A DNA stretch of 64,000 nt from Macrostomum hystrix (GCA_950097015.1 CATNEN010000038.1:28582001-28646000), one strand, 5' to 3'. Positions 12,701-24,603 are shown, counted from the first letter of the stretch. Numbers and translations: made by a program. The notes: a model not told the origin generated them from the letters alone.

Positions 12701-14554
12701 CGCCCAGAATGAGACCTTCGCCATTCTCGGCGGCCTGCTTCAATTGCAGCCAAAGACTTCCAGCGGCGGCGGTAAAACTCGCGAAGAGGTCACCGAAACT
12801 GTGGCCAGAGACATTCTCCAGAAGGTGAGTTCCAGAGTCCGCGACAATAATAATTGCCTGCCCATTCTGATGACTCCTGAGCACACACGCACACAGATAC
12901 CGTACGCAGGCATACGGTACATGTGCCATGACTTTCTCATCGTCAGGCTGTGTACACTATCACTGTGCCTTGGAGGTTGGCACTCAAGGGCGTAAATTGC
13001 ACGACAAGCCACCAAGCCTTCTCTCCGCGGCTGCGCCCCAAATAAATGTGGCCTCGCCGCGGAATCAAACTTAGAGACCGTGGAAATGGAAAGAGACAAT
13101 GGAAAGGCCCTGTCGCTTCAGGAACACAGGCACTACACTCTATCAATTCGTCAATTCTATTGACTTCATTAATCCATTTCTGTCCACAGGTTCCTAATCC
13201 GATCCCAACTGAGCCGGTGCTGAAGAAGTACCCGGTGATGTACGAGCAGTCCATGAACACCGTCCTGGTACAGGAGGTTATCCGTTTCAACAATCTGCTC
13301 AAAGTGATCAAGCAGTCGTTGAACGACCTTCTCAAAGCCATCAAAGGCCTGGTGGTGATGTCGCAAAGCCTGGAAGACATGGCTAACAGTCTGTTCGACA
13401 ATCTGGTGCCGGCGTTGTGGTCGCGAAAGGCCTATCCGTCGCTGAAACCCCTGGCTAGCTGGGTTGAGGACCTGGTCGAACGCGTTGACTTCATCAAGTC
13501 CTGGATTGAGCACGGCATTCCAGCCGTCTATTGGATCAGCGGCTTCTTCTTTCCTCAGGCCTTCCTAACTGGCACCCTGCAGAACTACGCCAGGAAGATG
13601 GTAAGCTTCCAGCGGAGTCGGATGGAGGCCTTGGTAGAGGATAGAAAAGGGCGGAAGAAGTGATTGGTAGAGGGCGGAAGAAGTGATTGGTAGAGGGCGG
13701 AAGAAGTAGTTGGTAGAGGGCGGAATAAGTCATTGGTAGAGGGCGGAAGAAATCATTGGTAGAAGACAGCGGAAGAAATCATTGGTAGAGGGCGGAAGAA
13801 ATCATTGGTAGAAGGCAGCGGAAGAAATCATTGGTAGAGGGCGGAAGAAATCATTGGTAGAAGGCAGCGGAAGAAATCATTGGTAGAAGGCAGCGGAAGA
13901 AGTCATTGGTAGAAGGCAGCGGAAGAAGTCATTGGTAGAAGGCAGCGGAAGAAATCATTGGTAGAGGGCAGCGGAAGAAATCATTGGTAGAAGGCAGCGG
14001 AAGAAGTCATTGGTAGAAGGCAGCGGAAGAAGTCATTGGTAGAGGGGGAAGGAGTGGCCCATTTTGTAGGATTGTTCTTATAGAGAGCTGAGGAGTCACT
14101 TGTCTACTTAGAGTAGTGTAAGCAACTGAGTTCAAAATCCAACTTTTTTTCTCCAATCTAGGTGATCTCAATCGACACAATCTCATTCGAATTTGACGTC
14201 CTGAGAGAATCCTACGAGGACATTCGCGAGGGCCCCAAAGACGGCTGCTACATACGCGGCCTGTTCCTCGAAGGCGCCCGCTGGGATCATGAGCGTCACG
14301 TGCTGTCCGAGAGCAAGCCCAAAGAGCTGTACACTGATATGCCGGCTATTTGGCTGATTCCCAAGGCCAATAGGAAGGGTCCGGCGCACACAGTGTACGA
14401 TTGTCCAGTGTACAAGACTCTGACCAGAGCCGGCACACTGTCGACCACCGGTCATTCCACCAACTTTGTCTTCGGCCTGGAGATTCCCTCGGACAAGGAG
14501 CAGAAACACTGGATCAAGCGCGGCGTGGCCTTGTTCTGCGCGCTCAATTATTAA
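712..14554 (+). CDS. DNAH1: Axonemal dynein heavy chain, DNAH1-like; 3' part (AAA3 to C-terminus), 5' end lies upstream of the window
   Basis: 17 exons joined in frame by hand: 712-870, 1524-2447, 2554-3014, 3107-3242, 3662-4015, 4501-4839, 4919-5164, 5604-5999, 7052-7327, 7730-8191, 8698-9163, 9716-9867, 10687-11496, 11765-12061, 12546-12824, 13190-13600, 14162-14554 (TAA). Motifs: P-loops GPTGTGKT and GMGGSGRQS, FIDDLNMP, stalk coiled coil and MTBD, LSQGTDP, SLGQGQG, C-terminal HWIKRGVALFCALNY. MAEFDCFQIELSKNYG and the C-terminus recall DNAH1. Confidence 0.93.
1060..1382. mobile_element. Two truncated SINE family A fragments in opposite orientation (about 1060-1250 minus; about 1266-1382 plus) in dynein intron
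   Basis: Matches to the full copy at 62131-62504, e.g. gctgactcctgagcacac, catctgccctgactttctcatc and gagaaagtcaagggcagatgtacacac. Confidence 0.8.
3271..3605. repeat. Pyrimidine-rich 16-17 bp minisatellite (tgtctcatctctcccc) preceded by hAT-like end CAGGGGTCAGCA
   Basis: Tandem units visible; same unit family as 59780-61090 in reverse complement. Confidence 0.85.
4055..4252. mobile_element. Inverted pair of SINE family A fragments in dynein intron
   Basis: gacccgcaaccagcgaggaggcaatt...gccctgactttctca (minus) abuts gtgtacactgcctgacgataagaaagtcagggg... (plus). Confidence 0.75.
5211..5500. repeat. About 50-bp minisatellite, about 6 copies, dynein intron
   Basis: gtttgcagctatgtacactcgccaatgccttacccccaggctatcagggg recurs at 5211, 5261 and onward. 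Confidence 0.9.
6022..6995. repeat. 20-bp purine-rich minisatellite (gacaggtaggattagagagt) filling dynein intron 6000-7051
   Basis: About 48 tandem variants visible. Confidence 0.95.
7368..7690. repeat. Degenerate C-rich, about 20-bp tandem repeat in the GC-AG intron
   Basis: Recurring ccacctcactccc...gacgc units. Confidence 0.65.
8265..8550. repeat. Degenerate tandem repeat (gcacctctgcctggaccaattaacacctg) in dynein intron
   Basis: Near-identical units at about 8455 and 8508, plus decayed copies upstream. Confidence 0.6.
10514..10640. repeat. 29-bp minisatellite, about 4 copies
   Basis: ctatcaatgtacattcaaaccccactccc tandem. Confidence 0.9.
11535..11742. repeat. 21-bp minisatellite (gtcagtaggttgatcggtaga) filling dynein intron 11497-11764
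   Basis: Tandem units; gives spurious LIGRVSR ORF. Confidence 0.9.
12154..12492 (+). mobile_element. tRNA-derived SINE family A, near full length with internal deletion
   Basis: B-box-like gctcgattcc, family body, (tta)n tail; flanking tgtcta(g)aatca duplication resembles a TSD. Confidence 0.85.
12845..13082 (-). mobile_element. SINE family A, partial
   Basis: Reverse complement of family body (gactcctgagcacacgcacacagataccgtacgcaggca...gtggcctcgccgcggaatc). Confidence 0.85.
13647..14046. repeat. 23-26 bp purine-rich minisatellite (ggcagcggaagaaatcattggtaga) in last dynein intron
   Basis: Tandem units visible. Confidence 0.92.
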
Positions 14555-15209
14555 CTTTGTTTTAACTGTTTGTTTAACTTTGTAATGTGCCGTTTCTAGT
14601 AGTTTTAAATTGGCGCCAAAATAATTGTTTATAACAATGCTTTATCAATAAGTTTTAAACCATAGACTTATTACCTAACTTTAAAAAAATTAGGAATTCA
14701 ATATTTTAAAATTTGTTTAAAACTGTACTTTCGTTTTGGCGCAAATTTAAACAACTAAATATCTAGAGAAGTTTTGTTTTTTTATTTCCTATTTTTAGCA
14801 TTCAATCTGAGTGCAGGTGTGCCTTTTCCGTCCGAAAAGTTTTTTTTTCTCAAGACAATTTTTTACAGCCAAGGACTAGAAACATTCCACTGTTGAATTC
14901 ATTTTGTGATTTAGTGTTAGAGTCTGTGCTGATGCTTACATTTACCTGTAACAACAACGCCTGGCTTTGTTGAACAATTTTGCGTCAACCAATTTTTTTA
15001 CAATTTGCTTTATTTTGCTACAAAAAATAAATGTTTACTTTTCTGATCATTCAATTGATTGAAGTTAAAAGCATGCTTTCTGAAAAAAAGTTTTTATTTA
15101 AGTAACTTAATTTCCAATGACCAATTTAGCTTCTTTAACAGTTACTTTAGCAATAGATGCCATAATTACGTTTACATTTTTCTCTAACTTCCATCAAGTT
15201 TTTGTTTTC

Positions 15210-17006
15210 TCAACCTCAACTAATCTCAACCACGCCTTTTTCTCGACCTCGCCTTTTTCTTAACCTCGCCTTATTCTCGACCTCGCCCTATTTTCGACCG
15301 TACCTTATTCTCGACCTCGCCTTTTTCTCGACCTAGCCTTTTTCTCGACCTCGCCTTTTTCTCGACCTCGCCTTATTCTTAACCTCGCCTTATTCTCGAC
15401 CTCGCCCTATTTTCGACCGTACCTTATTCTCGACCTCGCCTTTTTCTCGACCTAGCCTTTTTCTCGACCTCACCTTTTTCTCGACCTCGCCTTATTCTTA
15501 ACCTCGCCTTATTCTCGACCTCGCCCTATTTTCGACCGTACCTTATTCTCGACCTCGCCTTTTTCTCGACCTAGCCTTTTTCTCGACCTCGCCTTTTTCT
15601 CGACCTCGCCTTTTTCTCGACCTCGCCTTATTCTCAACCTCGCCTTATTCTCGACCTCGCGTTTTTCTCGACCTGGCCTTATTCTTAACCTCGCCTTAAT
15701 CTCGACCTCGCCCTATTTTCGACCGCACCTTATTCTCGACCTCGCCTTTTTCTCGACCTCGCCTTTTTCTCGACCTCGCCTTTTTCTCGACCTCGCCTTA
15801 TTCTTAACCTCGCCTTATTCTCGACCTCGCCCTATTTTCGACCGCACCTTATTCTTGACTTCGCCTTATTCTCGACCTCAACTAATCTCAACCTCGCCTT
15901 TTTCTCGACCTCGCCTTTTTCTTGACCTCGCCTTATTCTCGACCTCGCGTTTTTCTCGACCTGGCCTTATTCTTAACCTCGCCTTATTCTCGACCTCGCC
16001 CTATTTTCGACCGCACCTTATTCTTGACTTCGCCTTATTCTCGACCTCAACTAATCTCAACCTCGCCTTTTTCTCGACCTCGCCTTTTTCTTGACCTCGC
16101 CTTATTCTCGACCTCGCGTTTTTCTCGACCTGGCCTTATTCTTAACCTCGCCTTATTCTCGACCTCGCCCTATTTTCGACCGCACCTTATTCTCGACCTC
16201 ACCTTATTCTCGACCTTGCCTTATTCTCAACTTCGCCTTATTCTCGACCTCGCCTATTTTCGACCGCACCTTATTCTCGACCTCGCCTTATTCTCGACCT
16301 CAACTAATCTCAACCTCGCCTTATACTTAACCTCGCCTTATTCTCGACCTCGCCTTATTCTCAACCTCGCCTTATTCTTAACCTCGCCTTATTCTCGACC
16401 TCGCCTTATTCTCAACCTCAACTAATCTCAACATCGCCTTATTCTCGACCTCGCCTTTTTCTCGACCTCGCCTTATTCTCAACCTCAACTAATCTCAACC
16501 TCGCCTTTTTCTCGACCTCGCCTTTTTCACCACCTCGCCTTTTTCTCGACCTCGCCTTATTCTCGACCTCGCCCTATTTTCGACCGCACCTTATTCTCGA
16601 CCTCACCTTATTCTCGACCTTGCCTTATTCTCAACTTCGCCTTATTCTCGACCTCGCCTATTTTCGACCGCACCTTATTCTCGACCTCGCCTTATTCTCG
16701 ACCTCAACTAATCTCAACCTCGCCTTATACTTAACCTCGCCTTATTCTCGACCTCGCCTTATTCTCAACCTCGCCTTATTCTTAACCTCGCCTTATTCTC
16801 GACCTCGCCTTATTCTCAACCTCAACTAATCTCAACATCGCCTTATTCTCGACCTCGCCTTTTTCTCGACCTCGCCTTATTCTCAACCTCAACTAATCTC
16901 AACCTCGCCTTTTTCTCGACCTCGCCTTTTTCACCACCTCGCCTTTTTCTCGACCTCGCCTTATTCTCAACCTCGCCCTATTTTCGACCGCACCTTGTTC
17001 TCGACT
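15210..17006. repeat. 17-bp pyrimidine-rich minisatellite (ctcgacctcgccttatt) with an about 404-bp higher-order duplication
   Basis: About 100 units; block from about 16171 repeated at about 16575. Confidence 0.95.
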
Positions 17007-17144
17007 TAAAAAATAAAAAAATAACTTAAATTCAGTGAAACAAAATTTTTTACATATTTTGACAAAGACTCAAAGCATTATTAAAAGTCTCTGTACCTAC
17101 GATTTTACAGACTACTCATCCTCCGAGACTACAGAGGCCACACG

Positions 17145-17618
17145 ATGAGCATCACCGCCGGCATTGTACTATTTCGTCGTTTGCCAAATTCTTCGGACGC
17201 GAACGACTACGAGATTCTTCTGTTGCATTCCGCATTGAAGCTCAACCGTTGGACAATGCCCAAGGGTCATCAGGATCCGGGCGAGTCACTGCTCGACTGT
17301 GCCATTCGAGAGACTCTGGAAGAGTCCGGCCTAGCTGCGAACAAAGACTATCGCGTGTTGACGGATTATCAACCCGTGACTTTTCTATTTCCCGCCTCTT
17401 CAAATCCCGCAATTAAGAAAATCTTGACTCTGTGGCTGGGAGAAGTGAAAGACGACGGGACAAGCAATGTGAAGATCTCGCATGAGCACAGAGACTATCG
17501 ATGGTGTCGGCACGACGAGTGTCTTCAGCTGCTTTCGGCTGGCTTTCCCGAAGCTGTGGACAGTTATCAACAAATGCGCCATTTTATTCTTGAATTGCCG
17601 GTGCACGGACGAAAGTGA
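17145..17618 (+). CDS. NUDT2: Nudix hydrolase, bis(5'-nucleosyl)-tetraphosphatase (Ap4A hydrolase, NUDT2-like), single coding exon
   Basis: Intact Nudix box GHQDPGESLLDCAIRETLEESGL; N-terminal AGIVLFRR, WTMPKGH and ISHEHRDYRW are typical of asymmetrical Ap4A hydrolases. Confidence 0.85.
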   Translation: MSITAGIVLFRRLPNSSDANDYEILLLHSALKLNRWTMPKGHQDPGESLLDCAIRETLEESGLAANKDYRVLTDYQPVTFLFPASSNPAIKKILTLWLGEVKDDGTSNVKISHEHRDYRWCRHDECLQLLSAGFPEAVDSYQQMRHFILELPVHGRK

Positions 17619-17696
17619 ACAAGAAATGTGTACATGTATCGTTTGTTTAACCTAGTCCTCGGTTTCTGTACCGGAAAACTTGAAAAATCCCAATTT

Positions 17697-18122
17697 GGGA
17701 TCCATTCGGGGTGTTAGACAGAGGTGTGACACCAGGTTAGAGTGGGGTCCATTCGGGGTGTTAGACAGAGGTGTGACACCAGGTTAGAGTGGGGTCCATT
17801 CGGGGTGTTAGACAGAGGTGTGACACCAGGTTAGAGTGGGGTCCATTCGGGGTGTTAGACAGAGGTGTGACACCAGGTTAGAGTGGGGTCCATTCGGGGT
17901 GTTAGACAGAGGTGTGACACCAGGTTAGAGTGGGGTCCATTCGGGGTGTTAGACAGAGGTGTGACACCAGGTTAGAGTGGGGTCCATTCGGGGTGTTAGA
18001 CAGAGGTGTGACACCAGGTTAGAGTGGGATCCGTTCGGGGTGTTAGACAGAGGTGTGACACCAGGTTAGAGTGGGGTCCATTCGGGGTGTTAGACAGAGG
18101 TGTGACACCAGGTTAGAGTGGA
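17697..18122. repeat. 47-bp minisatellite, about 9 near-identical copies
   Basis: ccattcggggtgttagacagaggtgtgacaccaggttagagtggggt tandem. Confidence 0.95.
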
Positions 18123-18499
18123 CTCATTCTGTGTAATTTAAACTGCCATTCACCTATCGCATTTATCATATTGGTCCACGTGCATAACCAATTAACAAGA
18201 CTTATTTGCAGTCTAAGCCTTCCTAACTTAGTTCATAACACACAGGCTCTGATAATCTGATGTGCAAATTTAAAATTAATTTCTTTTCGTAGCTCAATTA
18301 AAAACGAGCAAACAAATATCTTTAACACTAAAACTCTGCTAGTTTGTATGTTCCACTTTACTAATAATTAATATAATATGACTGAAGTTGAAAGGCTGCT
18401 TTAAAAATCCATACGTTACTTTTCGAACATTAAATTGCTTCATACGCTCGTATATATATTTCCAAGTTTTTTCAAATGCTGCAGGATTGTGGATAATCG

Positions 18500-19098
18500 A
18501 TTGAATGATTGCAGTAGGGTATTGGCTGACAGGTTGAATGATTGCAGTAGGGTATTGGCTGACAGGTTGAATGATTGCAGTAGGGTATTGGCTGACAGGT
18601 TGAATGATTGCAGTTGGGTATTGGCTGACAGGTTGAATGATTGCAGTAGGGTATTGGCTGACGGGTTAAATGATTGCAGTAGGGTATTGGCTGACGGGTT
18701 AAATGATTGCAGTAGGGTATTGGCTGACGGGTTAAATGATTGCAGTAGGGTATTGGCTGACGGGTTGAATGATTGCAGTAGGGTATTGGCTGACGGGTTA
18801 AATGATTGCAGTAGGGTATTGGCTGACGGGTTAAATGATTGCAGTAGGGTATTGGCTGACGGGTTGAATGATTGCAGTAGGGTATTGGCTGACGGGTTGA
18901 ATGATTGCAGTAGGGTATTGGCTGACGGGTTGAATGATTGCAGTAGGGTATTGGCTGACGGGTTGAATGATTGCAGTAGGGTATTGGCTGACGGGTTGAA
19001 TGATTGCAGTAGGGTATTGGCTGACGGGTTGAATGATTGCAGTAGGGTATTGGCTGACGGGTTGAATGATTGCAGTAGGGTATTGGCTGACGGGTTAA
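18500..19098. repeat. 33-bp minisatellite, about 18 copies
   Basis: gattgcagtagggtattggctgacgggttgaat tandem; spurious LNDCSRVLADG ORF. Confidence 0.95.
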
Positions 19099-19104
19099 AG
19101 GGCT

Positions 19105-19471
19105 AATAAAAATAATAATAATTGCAAGAGGGCTGCGGGCAATGGCAGATCATTTAGTAACACTAGACCCGCAGCCAGCGGGAAGGCAATACTGCCCATT
19201 ATGCTGACTCCTGAGCACACACGCACACAGATACCGTACGCAGGCGCACGCTCACACAGGTATGTACATCTGCCCTGATTTTCTCATCGTCAGGCAGTCT
19301 ACAACCTCACTGTGCCTTGGAAGTTGATCGTCAAGGACGTAAATTGCACTACAAGCCCCCAAGCCTCCTTCCGTGGCTGCGCCCCAAATCAATGTGGCCT
19401 CGACGTGAAATCGAACTTAGAGACCTTGGTGCGGGAGGCAAACGCGTTAGACCACTGTGCCACCGACCCCT
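19105..19471 (-). mobile_element. SINE family A, full length
   Basis: Head ggggtcggtggcacagtggtc...gttcgattt on minus strand, (tta)n tail at about 19105-19122; TSD-like gggtt(a/g)aagggct on both sides. Confidence 0.88.
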
Positions 19472-20875
19472 GGGTTGAAGGGCTGCACCTGCACGAGAGC
19501 ATTGATCATTGTTTGAGATTACATAAACACATGGACGTTTTTAGCCAAAAAACCGTAGGTCTTAAAGTGTTGCGTCTTAGCACTGCTTTTATTTCTGATG
19601 GTTGCTGTAGTGTTAAGTAGGCAGAAAGTTAAAGGAAATTTTAGTTTTTTTCGTTAAAGCGTAACAGTTCAGTACAGTATTTAGCAATAGGAGAAGTGTA
19701 ACAAGCGTATAAGATATAGCAGATGAAGGAGCGTTAGACAAAAACGGTATAACAAGGACAACAAATGTAATGACAGCTAAGAATTGGTGTGACAAAACAT
19801 TAGAATAATGTAGTGAATAAATACGCCACAAAAAGTTGCATTTAAATTTCCATTCTTAAAATTCTTTCTCTTCTTATTTAAAAAACATAACTTTAAATTT
19901 CAAGTGCTAACTAAAAAAGAACGATTAAGAAAAAATTAAAACAACTTTAAATATTTTTGGCTTCCACATATAAATATGAAAACTTATTTCCGTAAAATTC
20001 CGTGAATTTGTTTAAACGGCGGTCTCATTTACAAAATTCTTTTCGATATCTCTCTAGTTATTCCCCTATAAATTAACAGCAGTTAGCTAATTTTTTCATT
20101 GCGATAAATTATAAAAAAAACTAACTAAATTAACAAACCGTTTTAGCTGTTAGCAGAAGCCCCTGATATTCGCTAATTTAACATCTCAAAAGATTTATGC
20201 AAGATTGAAACTAAACAAAAAAGATTACAGCTTTTAAAACAAAACCTAGACTAGAGGAAACAGAAAGGAAAATGTCATTGAAAGTTGAACTTCTAAACCA
20301 AAAAGTTAAAAACCCAATGCGTAGAAATAATACGCATTTAGAATTTGCAACGCTACTCAGACCAGTTGACGGCAGTAGTATAATATCGAGCGACAAAAAA
20401 TCCTCCACGGATTGGCATTATCAATTAGCAGGAAAGTTTTAATGAAAGCGAAGCGAAAAAAAGTTTAAAGATAACATTTTAACGACATTGGGACAAGGGA
20501 CGCGAATTATGAGTAAAGAATTAACGCTGAAATAGGCCAAGTGAGCTTGTGTTATACGCCTATGTTTTAGGTTTTAAAAAGCTTTCTTACTGCTGAAGCA
20601 TTTAAAAGTGCAAAGTAATTGTTTTTCCATTTAGCTGGTTTTTGATGGGCTTATAAAATTGTTTTGTCAAAAAACATAAGTGAGCAATGAGCGCAGGGTT
20701 TACTTAGCGAAATTAAACTAGCTAATTATCATTTTACGCTTTAAAAAAGTATTCTTTCCTGTGCAAGTTGTCTTCAAAGGAAACCAGTGTCACTTTTCAT
20801 TTTCTTAATTACCTTTCATTGGATAACAGCGTCGATCTGTACTTGTCAGTAGACAGTATTCGAACGAATTCGATT

Positions 20876-22102
20876 TTAGTTGCCGTGTGAAGGGTGGTCC
20901 ATGTACTTCAGCCCGGGACGACCATCCCCGCGGCCACCTGGAGCCGTCAGCATCATGCGAGCCTGCTGCTGCTGCTGCTGCTGATTCGGCGCAGGTAAGC
21001 AACCGGCTGGACCTTTCTGCATAGCGTACTGATGATAGAGCGGCGCCTGTGCCGGTGAGTACGGTACTAGGCCGGGACTGAAGCAGTCACCCCCGGCAGC
21101 GGCGGCGGCAGCAGCGGCTGCGGCGGCAGCGGCGGCGGCAGCAGCAGCAGAGCCACGCACAGGCGAACCCTCCGAGTCGGTGCCAGCGTCCAAACTGTTA
21201 GGATCCGAGCACGAACTATAGTCGCTAGTTAGGCTATTGTTGTAAGCCGGTGTGTAGTAGAGTATGTCTCCGGAGCCGGCACCAAGTGGAGCGCCTAATC
21301 CCAGGGGATTTCTAGATCCGGGCACCGCAGTGCTGAAACAGGGCAGAGCAGCAGCCCCGGCAGGATTAATGAACTGCAGAGCGTTCTGATGACCCGCAGC
21401 GGCTGCCGCAGCCGACCATTGAATCGGTACATGCGAGGCGACACCAGACTGGCTAGCCAGACTCGACGCGATGCTGCTGGCGCCGTTCTGCGCTCCTCCG
21501 CCGATACCGCCGCCGTTGATGCTTGACCCAACGCCGGTGTTGGCCGCAGCGCCGGCAATTAGCGGGCTGGCAATAGTGTAGGACTGGTACGGCGACTGTT
21601 GCGGCAGGTAAAAAGCGGTTGGCGCGTAGGCTCCGTACTGTGGCAGCTGCAGCATGGACTGAGTTGTAGTGTAGCCAAGCGGTAGACCGTCCTGGCCCTG
21701 AAGCAGTACGTATTGGACCTGGCCAGGATTGGGCAGTCCAACGGAGGCGGAGGGACCGGAGCTGATGTGTTGAGCCTTTGGAAAAGTGTTCTTTTTCACG
21801 GCTTTAGAGATGTTTAATTTTCGCTCTTTGTACAAAAGATTTTCGTAGTCAGGCGAGTTGAGAATCTTCTGGACGACGTCTTTAGATTCGAAAGTGATGA
21901 AGCCGTAGCCCTTCGAAGCTCCGGTTCGATCGATGATAATCTTAACATCCTTGATAAGGAACTTTTCAAATGTTGAAGTCAGAAAATTTTTTAACTCGTT
22001 CTCGTCAGTGTGCGGCGGGATTCCTCCAATGAAGATCCGATTTTCAATTACAGTCTCATTGACGGACGATTTGCCCATAATGCTCAGATCGGTAGTTTGC
22101 AT
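20876..22102 (-). CDS. boule: Boule/DAZ-family RRM RNA-binding protein, single coding exon, Ala/Gln-rich tail
   Basis: RRM with NRIFIGGIP (RNP2), DRTGASKGYGFITFES (RNP1) and KLNISKAVKK, characteristic of BOULE/DAZL. Confidence 0.88.
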   Translation of the reverse strand: MQTTDLSIMGKSSVNETVIENRIFIGGIPPHTDENELKNFLTSTFEKFLIKDVKIIIDRTGASKGYGFITFESKDVVQKILNSPDYENLLYKERKLNISKAVKKNTFPKAQHISSGPSASVGLPNPGQVQYVLLQGQDGLPLGYTTTQSMLQLPQYGAYAPTAFYLPQQSPYQSYTIASPLIAGAAANTGVGSSINGGGIGGGAQNGASSIASSLASQSGVASHVPIQWSAAAAAAGHQNALQFINPAGAAALPCFSTAVPGSRNPLGLGAPLGAGSGDILYYTPAYNNSLTSDYSSCSDPNSLDAGTDSEGSPVRGSAAAAAAAAAAAAAAAAAAGGDCFSPGLVPYSPAQAPLYHQYAMQKGPAGCLPAPNQQQQQQQARMMLTAPGGRGDGRPGLKYMDHPSHGN

Positions 22103-24603
22103 GTTTGCTTTTTCTATTTTATAAGTGAATTACCGAGCTTGAATAAGACTAAATGAAATCGAAATCAAATCTCTGCCGGGCAGTTAATGAAGAATAGCGC
22201 CACTGACTGACTGACTGGATCCGGTGGGGGGACAAAAGCAGACTCGAGAAGGCGGGCGCACAGGGCTTTTAAGCTTGGCCATGGACTAAAAGCTAAAAAC
22301 AGTCCATCGTCTTTGGCCGAAGCTAAACTCCTGACACGTTTTCTGATTGGTCAGACTGCTGGCAAAGTAACTTTCACACCCTCAAAAATCTCTTCCCACA
22401 TTCGGCCTCGCACAGCCAAATTTCTCTTCGACACCCCATCCCCCGAACCGTCCGATCGATTTTTTCTGCTGCCCAAACCCTCGGTCTGCTTACTTCTTTA
22501 TTCTCACACTCGAATAACATAGCGATAGTTGTTTTGATTATCAGTGAGTCAGTCTTCTGTTCGTTTTTTTATTTTCACACTTTTTATCGATCGATCGAAG
22601 GGGTATCTTTCGGTTTAAGGCCTAGACCCCATGCCAGGCATTTCTAACCCTCCAAACGACGACACCCCCGAACGCGAAAAACGAAATCACGATTCCCTAT
22701 CATCCAATCAAGTTTGGTCAAGGACTAGCCTGTGTTTTTTATTTCGCACCTTCTCGATGGAAATGTTGCTTTAACCCTCATTTGTCACACTCTGATTTCG
22801 AATTGGTTTAGTTTGGCTCAGTTAAGGTTGATTTTTTATATTGGATTTAGCTGGGTACAATCCAACACGTGTTTAGGCTGACACTAACTTTATTTCCTTT
22901 TAACTACCGAAATTTAGAAAAAAGTTAAGTGCACAATAAAACATTTTATCTGACTTAATTACAATCATTGATTAATCTTGTTATCGTAAAAAACCGACAG
23001 AAATTTTTGCAAACGATAATTTTTCATAATAGCTTAAGATGGTATGCAAGTATTGGCCTTTAAGTTGATAAAATTAGAATTTCAATTAAAATTGCCTATT
23101 TTACGACCGCAAGTCCAGCGAGCTTATCTGTCAGACTGGCTTTATCTTAATTTTAAGTTTCTTATTTGTCGCGTAATATCACGATGTCATTAATAATGCG
23201 TTCGTTAGTATGTAGATATATTTGAAAGGCAGTAAAATGAAAATTACATTGAACGCCTAGTCCATGCAGTGAGATGCACATATATGACAGGTCTGCACAT
23301 TAACGGAATCCGCTGCTACAGCAATTATTCAGTAACACAAATGTAAACAGAAAAACAGGCACCATGTTACCCATGTCCCACACAAAAGGACTTTTTCTTT
23401 TAATAAGACAAATTAAATTCTTTAATATTTATTTACTACATCAACATCGCCCACACAAACAAAGGCTTTTAAAAGTCAGTTACTTTGTACTTAGATTTTT
23501 AGACTCGTGTTTCTCCGAGTCTTCAATATTTCAATTTTAACTTGTTAGTGTGTTTCATTTTCTTAGAGAAGAAACAATTTTAGATTCCTTACTGCATGAT
23601 AAAAACTGTACACAGAAAGTTCGTGTAGTAGTCTATGACTAAAATATACAACCTCTTAATATCTTTAGGCTGCGTTGCACTTTAGTCAAGCTTGTCTGGA
23701 GTCCGAGATGAATCCGATGATTACCATAGACTGTTGAAGTTTTCTCCAGAAAATTCTAGATTTTCATCTAAAAGCACAAACATGAATTTGACCTTGAGAT
23801 GCTTGTTTTAATTGGCACACATTAAAGTACACTTTAACTGCCAACAGCCTGCGATAAAAATTTGTAAGCTATTATATTATAGAAACGAAAGCTATAAATA
23901 ATAAAGCTATAAAAAGTCCGAAAATTGAAGCAAGAAACAAATAAGTCGTTATCATTATATACTACTCACTTGGCAGTATGGTAAATGGTTGTATATATTT
24001 TTAAAAAGCCGCTTGTGATTTAGTTATTCAGTCTCAAAGCCTTCTTGTTCTCTCCCCAGCTGAGCCTCAAATGAGTGTGGCTTCGCCACTGATCGAGCCT
24101 AGGGACTTTGGTGCGAGAGGTCCCGATATGGGATGTGTCACGTGGGTAGCTGCACCAGTCAGTAAATATGACTTTGAAAAAACTACCTTTCGAAACTCAA
24201 GTGACGAAGACAAAAAATTAAGGACGTATATAAGCTTAGTCTCATTCGCTTTTTAATTATCTATTCTTAGCTTTTAATAAGCAAGGGTATTTAAAATTCA
24301 TTTGGCTCCAAAAAAATGTCACTGATTTTAACAAAAATATTTGTCACAAGTTTTAATACGTTACAGTACGTGCAACAATGTTCAGTTGGTCAGATGGTCT
24401 TATCTTGATATTATTGAGTACACACCTAAAGACACATCTAAATACCAGTTTACCAGTTTAACAGAATACCAGAGTACCAGTTTTCTGTATAAAAAAATAT
24501 AATAATATTTATCTCAATCTTTAAGCGACTGTATATGTATACACATTGAGAAGCTTCTTATTTAGATAAAATATTATTTTAGATTAAAAAAGGTGGGTAT
24601 CAT

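Noticed and set aside
1562-14509. Antisense ORFs over dynein exons
   Set aside because: Shadow frames of GC-rich coding sequence.
17697-19098. Regular 47-bp and 33-bp arrays as CRISPR
   Set aside because: Pure tandem units with no unique spacers, no cas genes, eukaryotic context.
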